DNA from: Octopus bimaculoides
Taxonomy: Eukaryota
Assembly (NCBI RefSeq): GCF_001194135.2
Contig: NC_068990.1
Location: 19,031,946 to 19,095,945 of the forward strand
Direction of reading: 5' to 3'
DNA: 64,000 nt
Shown piece by piece: positions 23,908-36,910 of this stretch. Under the pieces are notes generated by a model, which was not told the origin of the DNA, ran no database searches, and saw only the letters and a list, made by a program, of their open reading frames with translations. The first letter of the stretch is position 1. Each line of letters opens with the position of its first letter. Made by a program: the position numbers and the translations under genes.

Positions 23908-24789
23908 CGCGTCTGTGTTTGTGCAAATATGTTAACTGCAAACATATATACATGCATATATTCATACGTTCATGCATATATATATACATGCATACATACA
24001 TATTTACATAAAATATACATACATACATATATCGTGACTGCTTACACAAAGACACATTAATACATGTGTGCCTTGAAATATCTGGAATGTCAGAGTTGAA
24101 GCGCCTTTGATCATAGATGTGCTGTTAGACTGGATGCTGGGGTCTATACAGCAATAATATTAACGAGCGTAAAGAGTATTGTGTTGCGTAAAGAGTATTT
24201 TGTTGAATTACACAACAGGATATTTGAAAATACGTTTACGATGGGGGAAAGTTTCTGCCAGATACCATTTCAGCCTTTGTTTTGATAATGGATAGAATGA
24301 CGTCATAATATTAGGAGACAACAAAGCAACGCGATCATTTAGGAAACCATTTAGACTGTCAAATGAAAATACGCGATAGTGAGAAGATTAGACAATTTTG
24401 TTTGAAAATGAAATTCTTTGTTCTCTTGTGTTTCATTGATTATTTTTAAGAAAGATAGAAAGAAACCGCTATATGTGGTGCGTAGTTGCTTAATAATTCT
24501 CCTAACATGTCACTCAATGCTTGACAATTACGTTGAAGATCTAACACGACATTGATTGATCATAGTTCATCGTGTTCGCTTCCTCCATAACAATAAATCA
24601 GCGAGGCATAAAACCAACTGATCTTGTGTGAAATATGTAATAAAATCATTGAAAACCTCCTTAATTCACGATTCAACTGTGGACAATTAGACATCTGAGA
24701 ATAAAATCATATAAAAAGTTTACTGCTTTTATTGAAACGATGGCTGATGTTATCCTGCGCAAAACATTTATATTGTCATTGGTGGCCTC

Positions 24790-25030
24790 TAAACATTTAA
24801 TTCTAGCTCAGAGCTGCTTGCTTGGTTGCATTCATTCTTCTTCATTTCTTCTCATGATAATGATAAATGCTGAAATAAAACCTTCTATTACAATCTTCAT
24901 TCACAGTTTCATCCATCTTAGCATTAAACAAGCTCTTAATTTTATTTCCACTTTTCTTTCTTGATATTAGCGATTTTAGTTGTTTATAGAATTCCTTGCG
25001 ATCTTTAGAAAAACCAGTTGACTCATTCAC
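24790..25030 (-). mobile_element. Possible LINE ORF2 fragment (region between endonuclease and RT)
   Basis: KDRKEFYKQLKSLI..NKIKSL..DETVNED..RFYFSIY resembles the FW/FY..I..L..D..FY..LY linker of APE-type LINEs. No catalytic motif is present. Confidence 0.35.
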
Positions 25031-27217
25031 AAGGTCAGTGTTGTGTTCTGACGACCAGAGCCCAGATTTACGCTTAGTTTAGTTATCCTGCACTGCTAGA
25101 TTATAAAACCAGCATAACTGGAAAAAGATCCTATTCCGAATTTCCGAAAATCTTAATGATGTATATCCTTAACATATTTTCTTTTTAACCTGTTTCGTTA
25201 CACATCGTTAAGCACGATATCTCACTATTTTCTTTCCCATACAATGTTTTCGTGTGCGCGCATGCATTATTCAATCTTGCTGTCGCTTTGGACATTTGCA
25301 AATCTTTTTAGTACCAATTCCTAAGAAATTGATACTCAGGTCTTTACAACTTTAAATATAAAAAGCATCAGCTGTAAACAATCTATCTACAGTAGAGCAT
25401 GTATTCCTTTGAAAAAGGTGTGGCACTCGTTTTGGAAATGTGATTAGAAACAATGCAGAATCTATGCATGAATTAAATATAACGAATTACGGATAGAATA
25501 CTTAATGTGAGAATAATTACTGCGCATTGAAAATGCACTTAATTCGTATTAGAACATTCTTGAAATTTAATGGAAATGCATTTCTGAAGTTTGAAACACC
25601 GGTGAAAGATACTCTTTATAATTGATGAAATTATATTTGATGCATTTCTTTGTTTCTGATTCACACTTTTGCATTGTCATGACTGAAAATAACAAAAGGA
25701 TTGTTATTCAATCATTCAAATTTCAAACAAGAAATCGAAGAAACAATGAAACCAAATACAAACAACTTGGAAAATCTCAAGGAAATTGCTCTATCTACTA
25801 CAAACTATATAAGGCACTTTGAGGTGAATTTCCACCTCAAAGCATGCAGTACTAAATGAAAGTAGAACATTGGATAAAAGAAGTGTAGATAATTTATACT
25901 TAAAACCAATGATTAAACAAAGTATGATATACTCTCACACTACACTTGAGGTGCAACAGAGTAAAACCAAATACTACAGTCTTATAAAGTGAAAGTTACA
26001 CTACATAATATAATCGTGGATGAACACATTTGAAAATAAATCATTTGGTCTTCACGTTGAAGCTTTTAATCGTAGGCTCCTTTAACTACAGATGATTTGG
26101 TGCTAACCAACAAGCACATCACATCTTCTAACACAATACATTAGTGGCAAACACATGGTCAAACAACAAAATGTTGGTGCTCTATGTAGGCACTCTTTTA
26201 GCGAGATATGGCATTCAAATCTTTCTGAAGTGGACGACACACAGACTTTAGGACACCGACGGGTTGCATGCAACTGGAAGACATTTGATAATATTTTTGC
26301 TGTGGTGTGGTCTGACCTGACCGAAAAACAATTCACCACAACTACACATTTCTGAATTATACTACACAACCACATACAGAACTACAACACAAGCATCCTT
26401 ACGCTGATACATAATTGCGCAAAAAGTAATGACGAGCAACTGAACTATAAGCTCTTGGTTTATTTTCATAAAATCTTCCTCTGTTAGTTGAATATCAAAC
26501 TTCTCTTCTGCTTCTGACACAAGAAAATATATACGATGCAGATTTGATGGCTCGTAGATACATAAAACTCAATCTCTTGGCGGGATAGGAGTATAGGCAA
26601 GTGTGTCCTTCATGAACACAATAAAATCTAAAAAAATTACGCCTTCATGGAAAGTTTAAATGGTTACTGAAAAATGTATTGAAAATTTCAGAGTATTTCG
26701 TTTTTCAACTGATTTGTTTTTATCAAAATTGCTTTACAGTAGATAATGGAAGAACAATTTTACGTAGCTAATTAAACTAAACGATTAGTATCATAATGCC
26801 TCTCCCTGCATGACCAGCATATTTCAGATGCAACAATAATTTCTCTTAGGAACTTAATACATTCTGTCTACATTATGGGTCTTTGGCTCCTCAACATAAG
26901 AAAAATATATAATCCTGCCAATGCACAATGGTCTCCTTTCAGTATTATTGCTTTTAGATTAGAATCTACAAACGACTTACAGAAACTTGTAGCAGAAGAA
27001 CAATTTACAGAGGATTTTAATTAAACTCTGCCGACGAACGAATCATTTGGATTTGCATTATCACATTAGCAAAACCTTGTGTGTATTTACTACTAAGTAT
27101 GTTGAAAGATAAACCCCCAGGCAGTTGCTACATCCTAACACTATTGAAAGGATGTGATGGCTGGATATATATTTTTCTAATCCATATTTTATTTATTTGC
27201 CCGCGTCGGGTCTATAC

Positions 27218-27248
<31 letters not shown>

Positions 27249-28173
27249 TGCACACGCAATATATATTCACTGTAAAAATAGAAAGTGTGTGGATGTCCTA
27301 AAATGTAGCTAGTTCTCTATACTGCATCATGAAGATAAAGCAAGAACTGGATTGTACATATCCAAAGCGCATATAATCTACTTGAGTTGTATGTTTTTTT
27401 TAAAAATCTATACGCTTTAAATATTTTTCGAAATGGTATTGAAACCGACGTCCTTGGTTATCATCCAAAGAAAATTAAATAAATATATCTCAATTAACAC
27501 TTTACATACACTTTGCGTTAAACACAATGGTCTAAACAGCTAACCAGCAAGACGAATATCTTTCTATTTTTTGTTGTTGTTGAAATTGCTATTCCTGTAT
27601 GTCTGGCAGAGGATGTGTTGCTTGTTAAGTATGCATGGGCGTCAGTTACTTGGCTATTTATAATTATCAGCAGAGAAAGAGAGAGACTTATAGCAAACAC
27701 CGTTATGACTTACTAACAGAATATGAATTGTAGGCATTGTGTGATGTCAGAGATAGAAAAACACAAATTTGTTATAAACCAGCGTTTTGAAAAAGAAAAA
27801 TTTAATTCAATATATTAAAAGCATGCAGTTTAGGGCTGGACGAGAAACTAATATAAACATTACTGGCATTTAAGGAGTAAAACTTTTTAAAAAATTTTGT
27901 GTAAAACCGAAGCATTGGTTTCATAGTTATATAACGCTAACGTTCAGATATAGCAATCTATTTATTTAAACGTCTACNNNNNNNNNNNNNNNNNNNNNNN
28001 NNNNNNNNNNNNNNNNNNNNNNNNNNNNNNNNNNNNNNNNNNNNNNNNNNNNNNNNNNNNNNNNNNNNNNNNNNNNNNNNNNNNNNNNNNNNNNNNNNNN
28101 NNNNNNNNNNNNNNNNNNNNNNNNNNNNNNNNNNNNNNNNNNNNNNNNNNNNNNNNNNNNNNNNNNNNNNNNN

Positions 28174-28221
<48 letters not shown>

Positions 28222-28700
28222 ATACACGAATACTGAATGTAAGCGCTCCACTGGTTTGTTGTAATCAGCAGATATTTTACCCTGACACCAGTAAACTAGC
28301 ATTCCCGAAACACATTCCGTAAAGACGAAGTCTTCAAGTGCTGCCTCTAGATGTTATTACTTCAAGGCTCACACTCACACACAAACCACACACACACCAC
28401 ACACAAACACGTACGCACACGCACACTCATACACACTTGTATAATTTCTCCATATTACGTGATTTTCCACACACCTATCTATCCTACACTGAATGAGCGC
28501 ACCCGCACATACGTTTTAGAAGATAGTAATAGCTCATAACACTTAGAGTTAAAAATCCCATGAGTGGCGACATACATCGTTATACGAATAGACAAACGCA
28601 TACATATTATGTACTTACATACATGTGTATGTATACATATGTACGTGTGTATATGTGTGTTGGTATTACATAAATTCATATACACTTTTTTTTAACTTTC

Positions 28701-28915
28701 TTTTACCTGTTTCAATCATTTGACTGCGGCCATGCTGGAGCATGGCTTTGAGGGCTTTTAGTCGAACAGATCGATTCTAGCACTTATCTTTAAGCCTAGT
28801 ACCTTATTCTATCGCTATCTTATGCTGAACCGCTATGTTACGTGGACGTAAACACACCAGAACCGGTTGTCAAGCGGTGGTGGCGGACGCGCACAGACAC
28901 AAGGGGACACACTCA
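28701..28915 (-). mobile_element. 3' half of a second octopus-type SINE family (with central microsatellite)
   Basis: ttttacctgtttcaatcatttgactgcggccatgctggag..gaaccgctatgttacgtggacgtaaacacacc..gttgtcaagcg, recognised from memory as a common octopus repeat. Its head type occurs at 43160-43195 and 44735-44795. Confidence 0.7.
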
Positions 28916-28959
28916 CACACAGAAACTTAAAAAGGATACCAAATACATAAAAAGCTAAA

Positions 28960-29638
28960 AAAAACGGCACTTTTTTTCTGATAAAACCAAGAACTAATAC
29001 TTTGTAGATAACAGCACATATTCACGACTCCTACACAACAGTATCATCAATAATTACACCAAAGCTAGGCCATAAATTTATAACGAAATTAATAAAGAAG
29101 CTAGCATTATCGCCGCCAGACTTAAATTAGATAAAAAAAAATAGAGGTCCTTCCAAAAAAAGAAGTCTTTTATAACTATCAAGGACCATAAAAAAACCTT
29201 CTTATCTAATCCTAAATGTAGGATTATTAACCCAAATAAATCAGAACCTGGTATTATTAATAAAAATTTTTTAGGAAAAATCAATGCGAAAGTTAGGAAT
29301 GCTACAGAGGGTGTTTTCGATGTGAGCATGGAGTCACATGAAGGAGTAGACATATGTGATCTCATTAGACGCGATACGTTGGGCAAGACTTTTCCTGACG
29401 TATATTTCACCAATTACAATGTTGATGCCCTAGGAAGGACATTATCCAAATGATGAAAACTTTCGGTCCTAGCATAACTGCAGATATCAACCTGACGGTT
29501 GTCAATTTCGTGTGTGTATCCTTAGGATCTAAATAAGAATATTTATAAACCTTATAGGAAGCTCAACGTTAGACTTAGTTATATTAATGTGGGTTAGTGC
29601 CATCCCCCCATATTGTTTACAAATTTATAGGCTTCCAT
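28960..29638 (+). mobile_element. Naiad-like PLE reverse-transcriptase fragment with an internal deletion
   Basis: DKTKN..FITIKDHK..PKCRIINPNKSE.G..INAKVRNATE joins directly to FDVSMESHEGVDICDLI (motif B, cf. FDVxMGSxDGAExCELV), then FGPSIT..NLTVVNF and YKPYRK..YIN..HPP. Confidence 0.85.
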
Positions 29639-29865
29639 TGTTGTTTCTGCAGCTCTCGCCTCCGTTGCTGCTTTTACGGCTGGACTCGCTGCTGGGGTCG
29701 CTATTCTTATTGTTGATACTGTTACCATCACAACTGATGCTGGTGTTAATGCCTCAGAATTACATCAACTCCCCACTGGACACTCACTCTTAAACATTCG
29801 TGAGTATCGAGCTTCTGTGTGGGAATACGCATATGCAACTGTTGGTGTGCGTGTGCGTGAGTGTA

Positions 29866-29896
<31 letters not shown>

Positions 29897-30293
29897 NNNN
29901 NNNNNNNNNNNNNNNNNNNNNNNNNNNNNNNNNNNNNNNNNNNNNNNNNNNNNNNNNNNNNNNNNNNNNNNNNNNNNNNNNNNNNNNNNNNNNNNNNNNN
30001 NNNNNNNNNNNNNNNNNNNNNNNNNNNNNNNNNNNNNNNNNNNNNNNNNNNNNNNNNNNNNNNNNNNNNNNNNNNNNNNNNNNNNNNNNNNNNNNNNNNN
30101 NNNNNNNNNNNNNNNNNNNNNNNNNNNNNNNNNNNNNNNNNNNNNNNNNNNNNNNNNNNNNNNNNNNNNNNNNNNNNNNNNNNNNNNNNNNNNNNNNNNN
30201 NNNNNNNNNNNNNNNNNNNNNNNNNNNNNNNNNNNNNNNNNNNNNNNNNNNNNNNNNNNNNNNNNNNNNNNNNNNNNNNNNNNNNNNNNNNNN

Positions 30294-30420
30294 GGAGAAT
30301 ATACAAAAAATAACAACAGACGAGGACAGGTGGTGTAAATAACAAAAGTATATATTAGTATGACGCTCGGGAATACGGAAAATCTTTGACGTTTCGAGCT
30401 ACGCTCTTCAACAGAAAGAA
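30294..30420 (-). mobile_element. Solo PLE-type pLTR with minimal hammerhead motif, 3' end at a (TA)n-bordered gap
   Basis: Minus strand: UCUUU CUGUUGA A GAGC GUA GCUC GAAAC GUC AAAGA (30383-30419). Homologous to 61634-61760. Confidence 0.7.
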
Positions 30421-31873
30421 TACGGAGACAAGGAGAAAAAAAAATATATGTATATATATGCGTGTGTACACGAATGTGTATTGTATAGATATATAACTGT
30501 ATTTCCTTCTACTAACCTGTTTTTCGAAGTAAGGTGTCAACAGGTCTTAGAAGGTAGAAAGAAAGCTAGCGAACGATGTGTTGAGAGGGGAGATGTTAAC
30601 ATCACCGCTCGATGGTAATTTTCGAAGAAGGCCAAATGTAAATAAGGACGCCGGCATATACAAATGCACGGACATATACAGACACATGCACATATGTATG
30701 TATATATATATATGTGTGTGTGCGTGCGCGCGTGCGCGTGTATGTATTTATGTTTTGTGTGTATGTGTGTCTGTGTGCATGCTTACAAGTAAGTATGTAT
30801 GTATTTAAGTATATAAATAACAGCTTCTGTCAGTCGATAACTGTTACACATAGCGACAGAATTAGCGCAACATTTCAGACATATGGAACCAAGTGAAGAA
30901 AGGAAGAAAAAACAAAAAGAAAAAGCGTAAAAGAAAAACAATATTGTTTCCTCTCCACGTTGTCTACACGTGCTCTCCTCATAACTGATAATTTAGATTT
31001 TCTTTATATTTCTCTTTATATCTCTAAAGTGTACAGCCACCTCTTTCTCTCTATCTGTTATAGTTTCTATCTTAGCATTATATATCACTTGTTAATTTTC
31101 CTTTTTATCAACTCAGCTCATTATAAAAATAAATCGGTAGGAAACTCAACAGCAGCAAGGATTTCCCGTGTTAAAAAAGAATGGCAAATCTGTTTTCGAA
31201 AGAGACAGAACAGCACTTGTTCATGATACAGCAGCAGTACAGCAAGCAGCGAGTAGTGGATTCTAGCTACAAACGATACACCTATATACGGGTATACGAT
31301 GATAGATAGGTTGGGAATATGACTGCGAGCATTATTAAACTGAATATAAGAGGAGCAAAATGGAAATTACAACAACTAAATCCATGACACAAACTACAAT
31401 AATAAGGGTAATAAAATCATAGTTATATTAAAGCCGATCCCTTGTTTATTTCCTATCAGAGCCCATTTATCAAGAATATCAAACAAGATTTAGAGTTTTT
31501 TTCTGTTTTTCTTTTATTTGAAGGCATTACGAAGAATATTGAATTGCCATAGACAAATCGCGCCTTGCATAAGCGCGCAAGCGTACACGAAGGGAGACAT
31601 GTGTGCACGTGTTTTCGTGTGTGTGACTGTATAATATGTATGTATGTATGTATGTATGTATTATTCCGCTTAGGCATAGCGATACTGATAACCTGGTGTT
31701 AGAACTGAATATATATGTGCTTTAGAAAGAAGCATCGGTCGATTACAGAGCAGGAATAAGAAATTAGAATGACAATGAAATAATGAATTATGTCATGAAC
31801 TTCAATAATTTACCGCTGCTTCTGCTATAGATGCAACGCACACGTAGTTGAATGCTTGTGCATTACCATATAG

Positions 31874-31909
31874 CTTCATCGGAGCTTCATGCTTGAAGCT
31901 CCGATGAAG
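31874..31909. repeat. Perfect 16-bp hairpin with 4-nt loop
   Basis: cttcatcggagcttca-tgct-tgaagctccgatgaag. Confidence 0.95.
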
Positions 31910-33299
31910 AATTGACTCAATAGAACTTCTATTTATTACCATTGCATACAGTTAATACACGCTTACTCTAGGTACGTTGACACAATGAGAAGTTGAGATA
32001 ATTGCTACTTGGTTTCCCTGTGTCATTTAGCTTTGTTTTTCGTACTGTAATGAATATTACTTGGTCAACATTTCGTTATAAGTCTGGAGCCTATTCTAAT
32101 GACAACTCTGTCAGAAAAACAAAAATAACTTAACTACTTACGCTTTCGATTGGCATCTATTAGTTACATTCGAGTGATTATCCTTTATTGGTTATTGGTT
32201 TTCTTGACTTGCTCAGTACAATCTGTTGGGCTATGAGGTCCAGTGACAAGTCGACATTTCCTTTTATGCAACCCTTGGGGAGTATGAAAAATGGCTAATA
32301 TTTCTTTCAATCTTTACTTTTGTTTTATGCATTCAAACCCGACATAATCTCCCTCAACACATAGCTATGATGCTCCGCCACTACTACTGCTCATGATGAC
32401 ATATTGTCAGTCACTCAGGGACATGTTCAAGTGGTTGAGGTCAAGCAACTGTCAAGAAAATCTGTGCTGTTGAGCAGAAAATTTGCTATATCGATATTTC
32501 TGCTCCATCAACTCAACACTGATTGCCTGAAATGTAATGGGAAATATGTCAGTTTCAAAACATTGATGTCCCGATCACAAAAGCAAAGTTTGTAGGGAAT
32601 AGTAGCCACTTTTGCTAGAAACAAACAGGAAATCACACTTACTGACCAAAGACGAAATAAAAATAATAAAATAATTGATAAACAGTGATTTTGTTAAGTT
32701 TTTCAAATTTACCATAAAGTAGATCAAATAAATGTTCCAATGAAAATCATCGTATAATATCGTATTTGATTCGAAATATTTTTCTTTAAATCGAACCGTC
32801 ACAGGTAAACTGATCTAATGACTGAGTATTTAAGTATGTCCGATACGACATTGATTCTGCCCTGCTTTAAACTTCGATATTTTTAATAACCAACGTTATG
32901 CAGATTTCATGTCAACCAAGGAAATGTTTTAAAATATTTTGATAAACAATTATCGATTGGAAATCAATCGATTATTTTTATGTCAGTAATTTTTTTTATG
33001 TCAGAAATTATAAGAACTCATATACAAGTATTTATTCATCAGTCATAGTGCATATGTGGATATTTTAAATTCTTCGAGCAAAAATCACACAAGGCTTGCA
33101 TAAATTCTTAACAGAACGTGTATTGTCTTGTTCTCTTTTAGACCGAAGCCATTGAACAGTAATATCAGAAAGCTTTCAAGCCGTGAACATTTCGTTTTGT
33201 GAGTAGATATAAGACACACATTGCTCAATCTCACGTGCTTCTTTAAGTGATTGGGTATGATTAGGAGATTCAATTGATATTTCTAACGAATGGAGCAAT

Positions 33300-33616
33300 T
33301 AAGCTCAAGTTCTGTTATAATTTCCCTAACAGTTCTTGGCTTCGCAATGTTATCATTGAAGATGAAGACAGTGTCAATCTCCAGTCTCATTCATATGACG
33401 TAAGTCAATGTGTGTTAAAAATAAACAACAACCAGAATCCTTGTCTGGTACTTGATCGAATCCAAAATTTAATCGCTCCATGCCAGTCCTGAGGCCAAGA
33501 ATCCCTAAAAGTTTCATCCGAATCCATCTAGCGGCTATTGAGATATCTTGTTCACGGACAAACAAATAAACATGACTGAAAACTATACCCCCGCTTTAGC
33601 GAAGGCGGGATTAAAA
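33300..33616 (+). mobile_element. Non-autonomous Helentron/HINE-like rolling-circle element
   Basis: Candidate subterminal inverted repeats gttataatttc (33314) and gaaaactatac (33578), then a GC hairpin cccgcttt-agcg-aaggcggg (33590-33609) and an A/T end. The gagatatcttgttcacggacaaacaaa segment is typical of such elements (from memory). Confidence 0.55.
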
Positions 33617-34482
33617 ATTAAGGAGCCCCTCAAATCTCTGCTAAAGGGAACTTTAGTGATGATCCACTTTAGGAAATAGAATATCACTAAGCAAATATAT
33701 TTGCTTCTCTCTCGTGAATCACTTATGTTATCTCACAGAATCAAATGGGAATGATTAACTGTTGGAAACTATCTGTCTCGGAGCTGTTACATCAACAATG
33801 TAGTTAATATTAACGTCAGGTTTAGCTAATGAAGCCTTAGAACATAATTCAGAAGGCCAGATGTGATCTTACTTGTATTTCCTTCACTTGCACGGTCAGA
33901 TATAGAATACAATTATTCTTTCTGACTCCGCACATCAGACACCACAAAGAGAAATGAAGAACACTGGAAAGTAATTACAATAAATATATAACTAGCATTA
34001 CAGGCGTTGATTGTCGCAAAACACTCAGGATGTATCTTCTCCAGTGAAGAGACATATCGGAAGTTGAATATGCTCCGTTACAATTGTGCAAATAATCACG
34101 TCCTGAAGATAAAAAGAAACACTAAGGTTAACAAATATGAAATACACAAATTATATTTCCATTATATAACCATATTGTTCTTCAATTATTTCATTCTAAC
34201 GATGCCTGTATTATTTAATATCTCGAAACTGAACAAGAAAAGATATCCTTTATAACATTAAAATAGTAGTAAGACATATTCCAACAAGATACATAATACA
34301 GACGACCCACTTTCCGGTACATTTCGGCCAACATAAGCGTCCTACTTGAATGGTCTTTGGGGATCCAAACATGATATAATCAAAACTTATAGGAATTTAT
34401 CGCATGATTTTAAGTTAAAGTATGACATCGGCTATTAGAGGAGAGAATCATAACTAACTGAATGATAGTAAGATTATATATA

Positions 34483-34486
<4 letters not shown>

Positions 34487-34556
<70 letters not shown>

Positions 34557-34588
34557 GTCTATCTATCTATTTATCTATCTATCTATCT
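34487..34588. repeat. (ATCT)n tetranucleotide microsatellite (another at 57507-57560)
   Basis: Seen directly. Confidence 0.95.
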
Positions 34589-35576
34589 CGGTATAAGAGT
34601 GGTGTACATGTGTGCGGGTTAATGTATATAAATAAATAAATAAATAAAATATATNNNNNNNNNNNNNNNNNNNNNNNNNNNNNNNNNNNNNNNNNNNNNN
34701 NNNNNNNNNNNNNNNNNNNNNNNNNNNNTCTTATATATATTTCTTAAAAGCCTTTCCTGAACAGAGAGCTTACTGTACTTCATTCACTGGAAATATAGAC
34801 TCTAGTGCACCGTATTTGCAGTCTTGTATGATATGATAGTATAGCGTATTGATATTTGGTAAATCATTTCCAGTATAATCATAAGGTAGCAAAATAATGT
34901 CATAGAGAATTTTCGTTCCATATCTAAGATTGTTTAACACATGAGATATATAATTTATACTTTCAACATAGCGTCAATGATTTTAATAATAGCAACTCTG
35001 GAGAGGAAACGCGGGATCAATGAATTATTGTCGTGGAGAAATTGGAAGTATTACTTTCTAGGGAATATTTATAGTCTAGCAAAGCCTATATTTTCCAGAG
35101 GTAATCTCGATTAGTACTAGTAATTCATTACTAAATATGGAAAGTTTATGATGCATCAAATACCAAAAACCCTCAACACAAGGGCGATAAATCGAAGGAT
35201 CATTCTGAATTCACTTTCCTGTCAATGTTTAAAGAATATACATCTACCAAAATAACAGTCGAATTTTCAAAGTTAACTATGTAAAAGTATAACTGCTGAA
35301 TTACCCAGCATGCCACAGTTCCTGAAGATGCTTCTTACGATAGATTGTTGTAGAACTCTGATAACTGTTAGCGTTTTTAGTGTCTAACAGAACCCACAAA
35401 CAATGTCACTGTCAAGATTTATTTTTTAAGGGACGATACTTAGTGTCTCCGGTTGTTGATATTTCTTACGGGTGAAAAAAACTCTACGGGTTCATATTTC
35501 ACAAGCTGTTGGTAGTATTGATTAAGAAATTACTGACACAAACTCATAACAAGCGCGCGCGCACACACACACACAA

Positions 35577-35631
<55 letters not shown>

Positions 35632-35998
35632 GGCATTCATTTGCACGGATTCACGCAGCGAAGCATACTTGCATATATATCATGTCTGTATGTATATGTG
35701 CGAGCAAGTATGCCCATATATGTGTGTGTGTGTCTATATATATACATACATATATATATGAATATATACATACATATATATATATATACGTATAATATAT
35801 GCGTATAATATGCTGCACATGTCTTTTAATAATGTACAGATATGTGTATGTATCTACATATATATATATTTGTGTTTGTGTGTGTGTGTGTGTGTTTGTA
35901 TGTGTGTGTGTGTTTGTATATGTATCTACATACATATATATTTGTGTTTCTGTGTGTTTGTGAGTACGCGTGTGTATATGTGCGCGAGCGCCTGTGTA

Positions 35999-36098
35999 TG
36001 ATAAATGGAATTTTACCGATCACACACATATATACATATATATACATACATTCATACATATATAAGTGTGCGTATGATCGGTAGAATTCCGTTTATCA
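35999..36098. repeat. 23-bp inverted repeat enclosing a TA/CA-rich spacer
   Basis: tgataaatggaattttaccgatc (35999-36021) versus gatcggtagaattccgtttatca (36076-36098), 2 mismatches. Confidence 0.85.
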
Positions 36099-36235
36099 CA
36101 CTTTCCAACTAATTCAATATTCACGTTGCCTTTAATGGTAAATTCACGCTGGCGTTACCAACAAACTAATAATTTCCCGCACTCGTACATCAATCAGCGG
36201 TCGAATTAAAAATATAAGAAATAGATAGAGACAGA

Positions 36236-36239
<4 letters not shown>

Positions 36240-36306
<67 letters not shown>
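36240..36306. repeat. (GA)n microsatellite
   Basis: Seen directly. Confidence 0.95.
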
Positions 36307-36310
<4 letters not shown>

Positions 36311-36849
36311 ACAGAGTGAGTGAGAGAGAAATGGAGAGAAAGAGTGAGATATATCGTGCCGCTTATAGAACCATAAACTTGATTTCACACATTTTATTTA
36401 TGCTTGTTCGACGTGCTCAAATTCACGGCCAGAACTCATAAATCTACTCTCTTCTTTTAAAGGCTATGTCGAACATTGTGATTTCGATATACAAACCAAT
36501 TTCCCTGGAAAAAGTGGGACACTTTTGATCAAACCTTTTCACCATAACTACGAATTTCGAAATACTTAATAAAGCAATAAAAAAATAAACGAAACAAAGC
36601 AAAGCGTAAATATTTTACTTGAAAGTAAAGTGGGTACAATCTTCAAGGAATAGTAGCCAACTTCTGACAAGTCATACCCTACTGTCTAAAAATAGTAGGG
36701 ACACGTTGGATATATTAACACTTCTCTCCTTTTAATTCAACCATGACAAAAATTAGAAAATGAGCCAAACGGGGAAGGCATATATCTGTTTGAGTGAACT
36801 ACACGAATTAGGCACTATATCTCTGTGCAATTGAAGCAGATAGCCGTAA

Positions 36850-36910
36850 ACTGGGAAAGGACACATATCAATAATATATATATATATATATATATATGTC
36901 CTTTCCCAGT
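36850..36910. repeat. Perfect 14-bp inverted repeat enclosing (TA)n
   Basis: actgggaaaggaca (36850-36863) ... tgtcctttcccagt (36897-36910). Confidence 0.9.

Noticed and set aside
34260-34480. Possible PLE EN C-terminus (PV.HF..FKLK..RE-like words) before (ATCT)n
   Set aside because: Similarity needs several frameshifts and is too weak to support without an HMM search.
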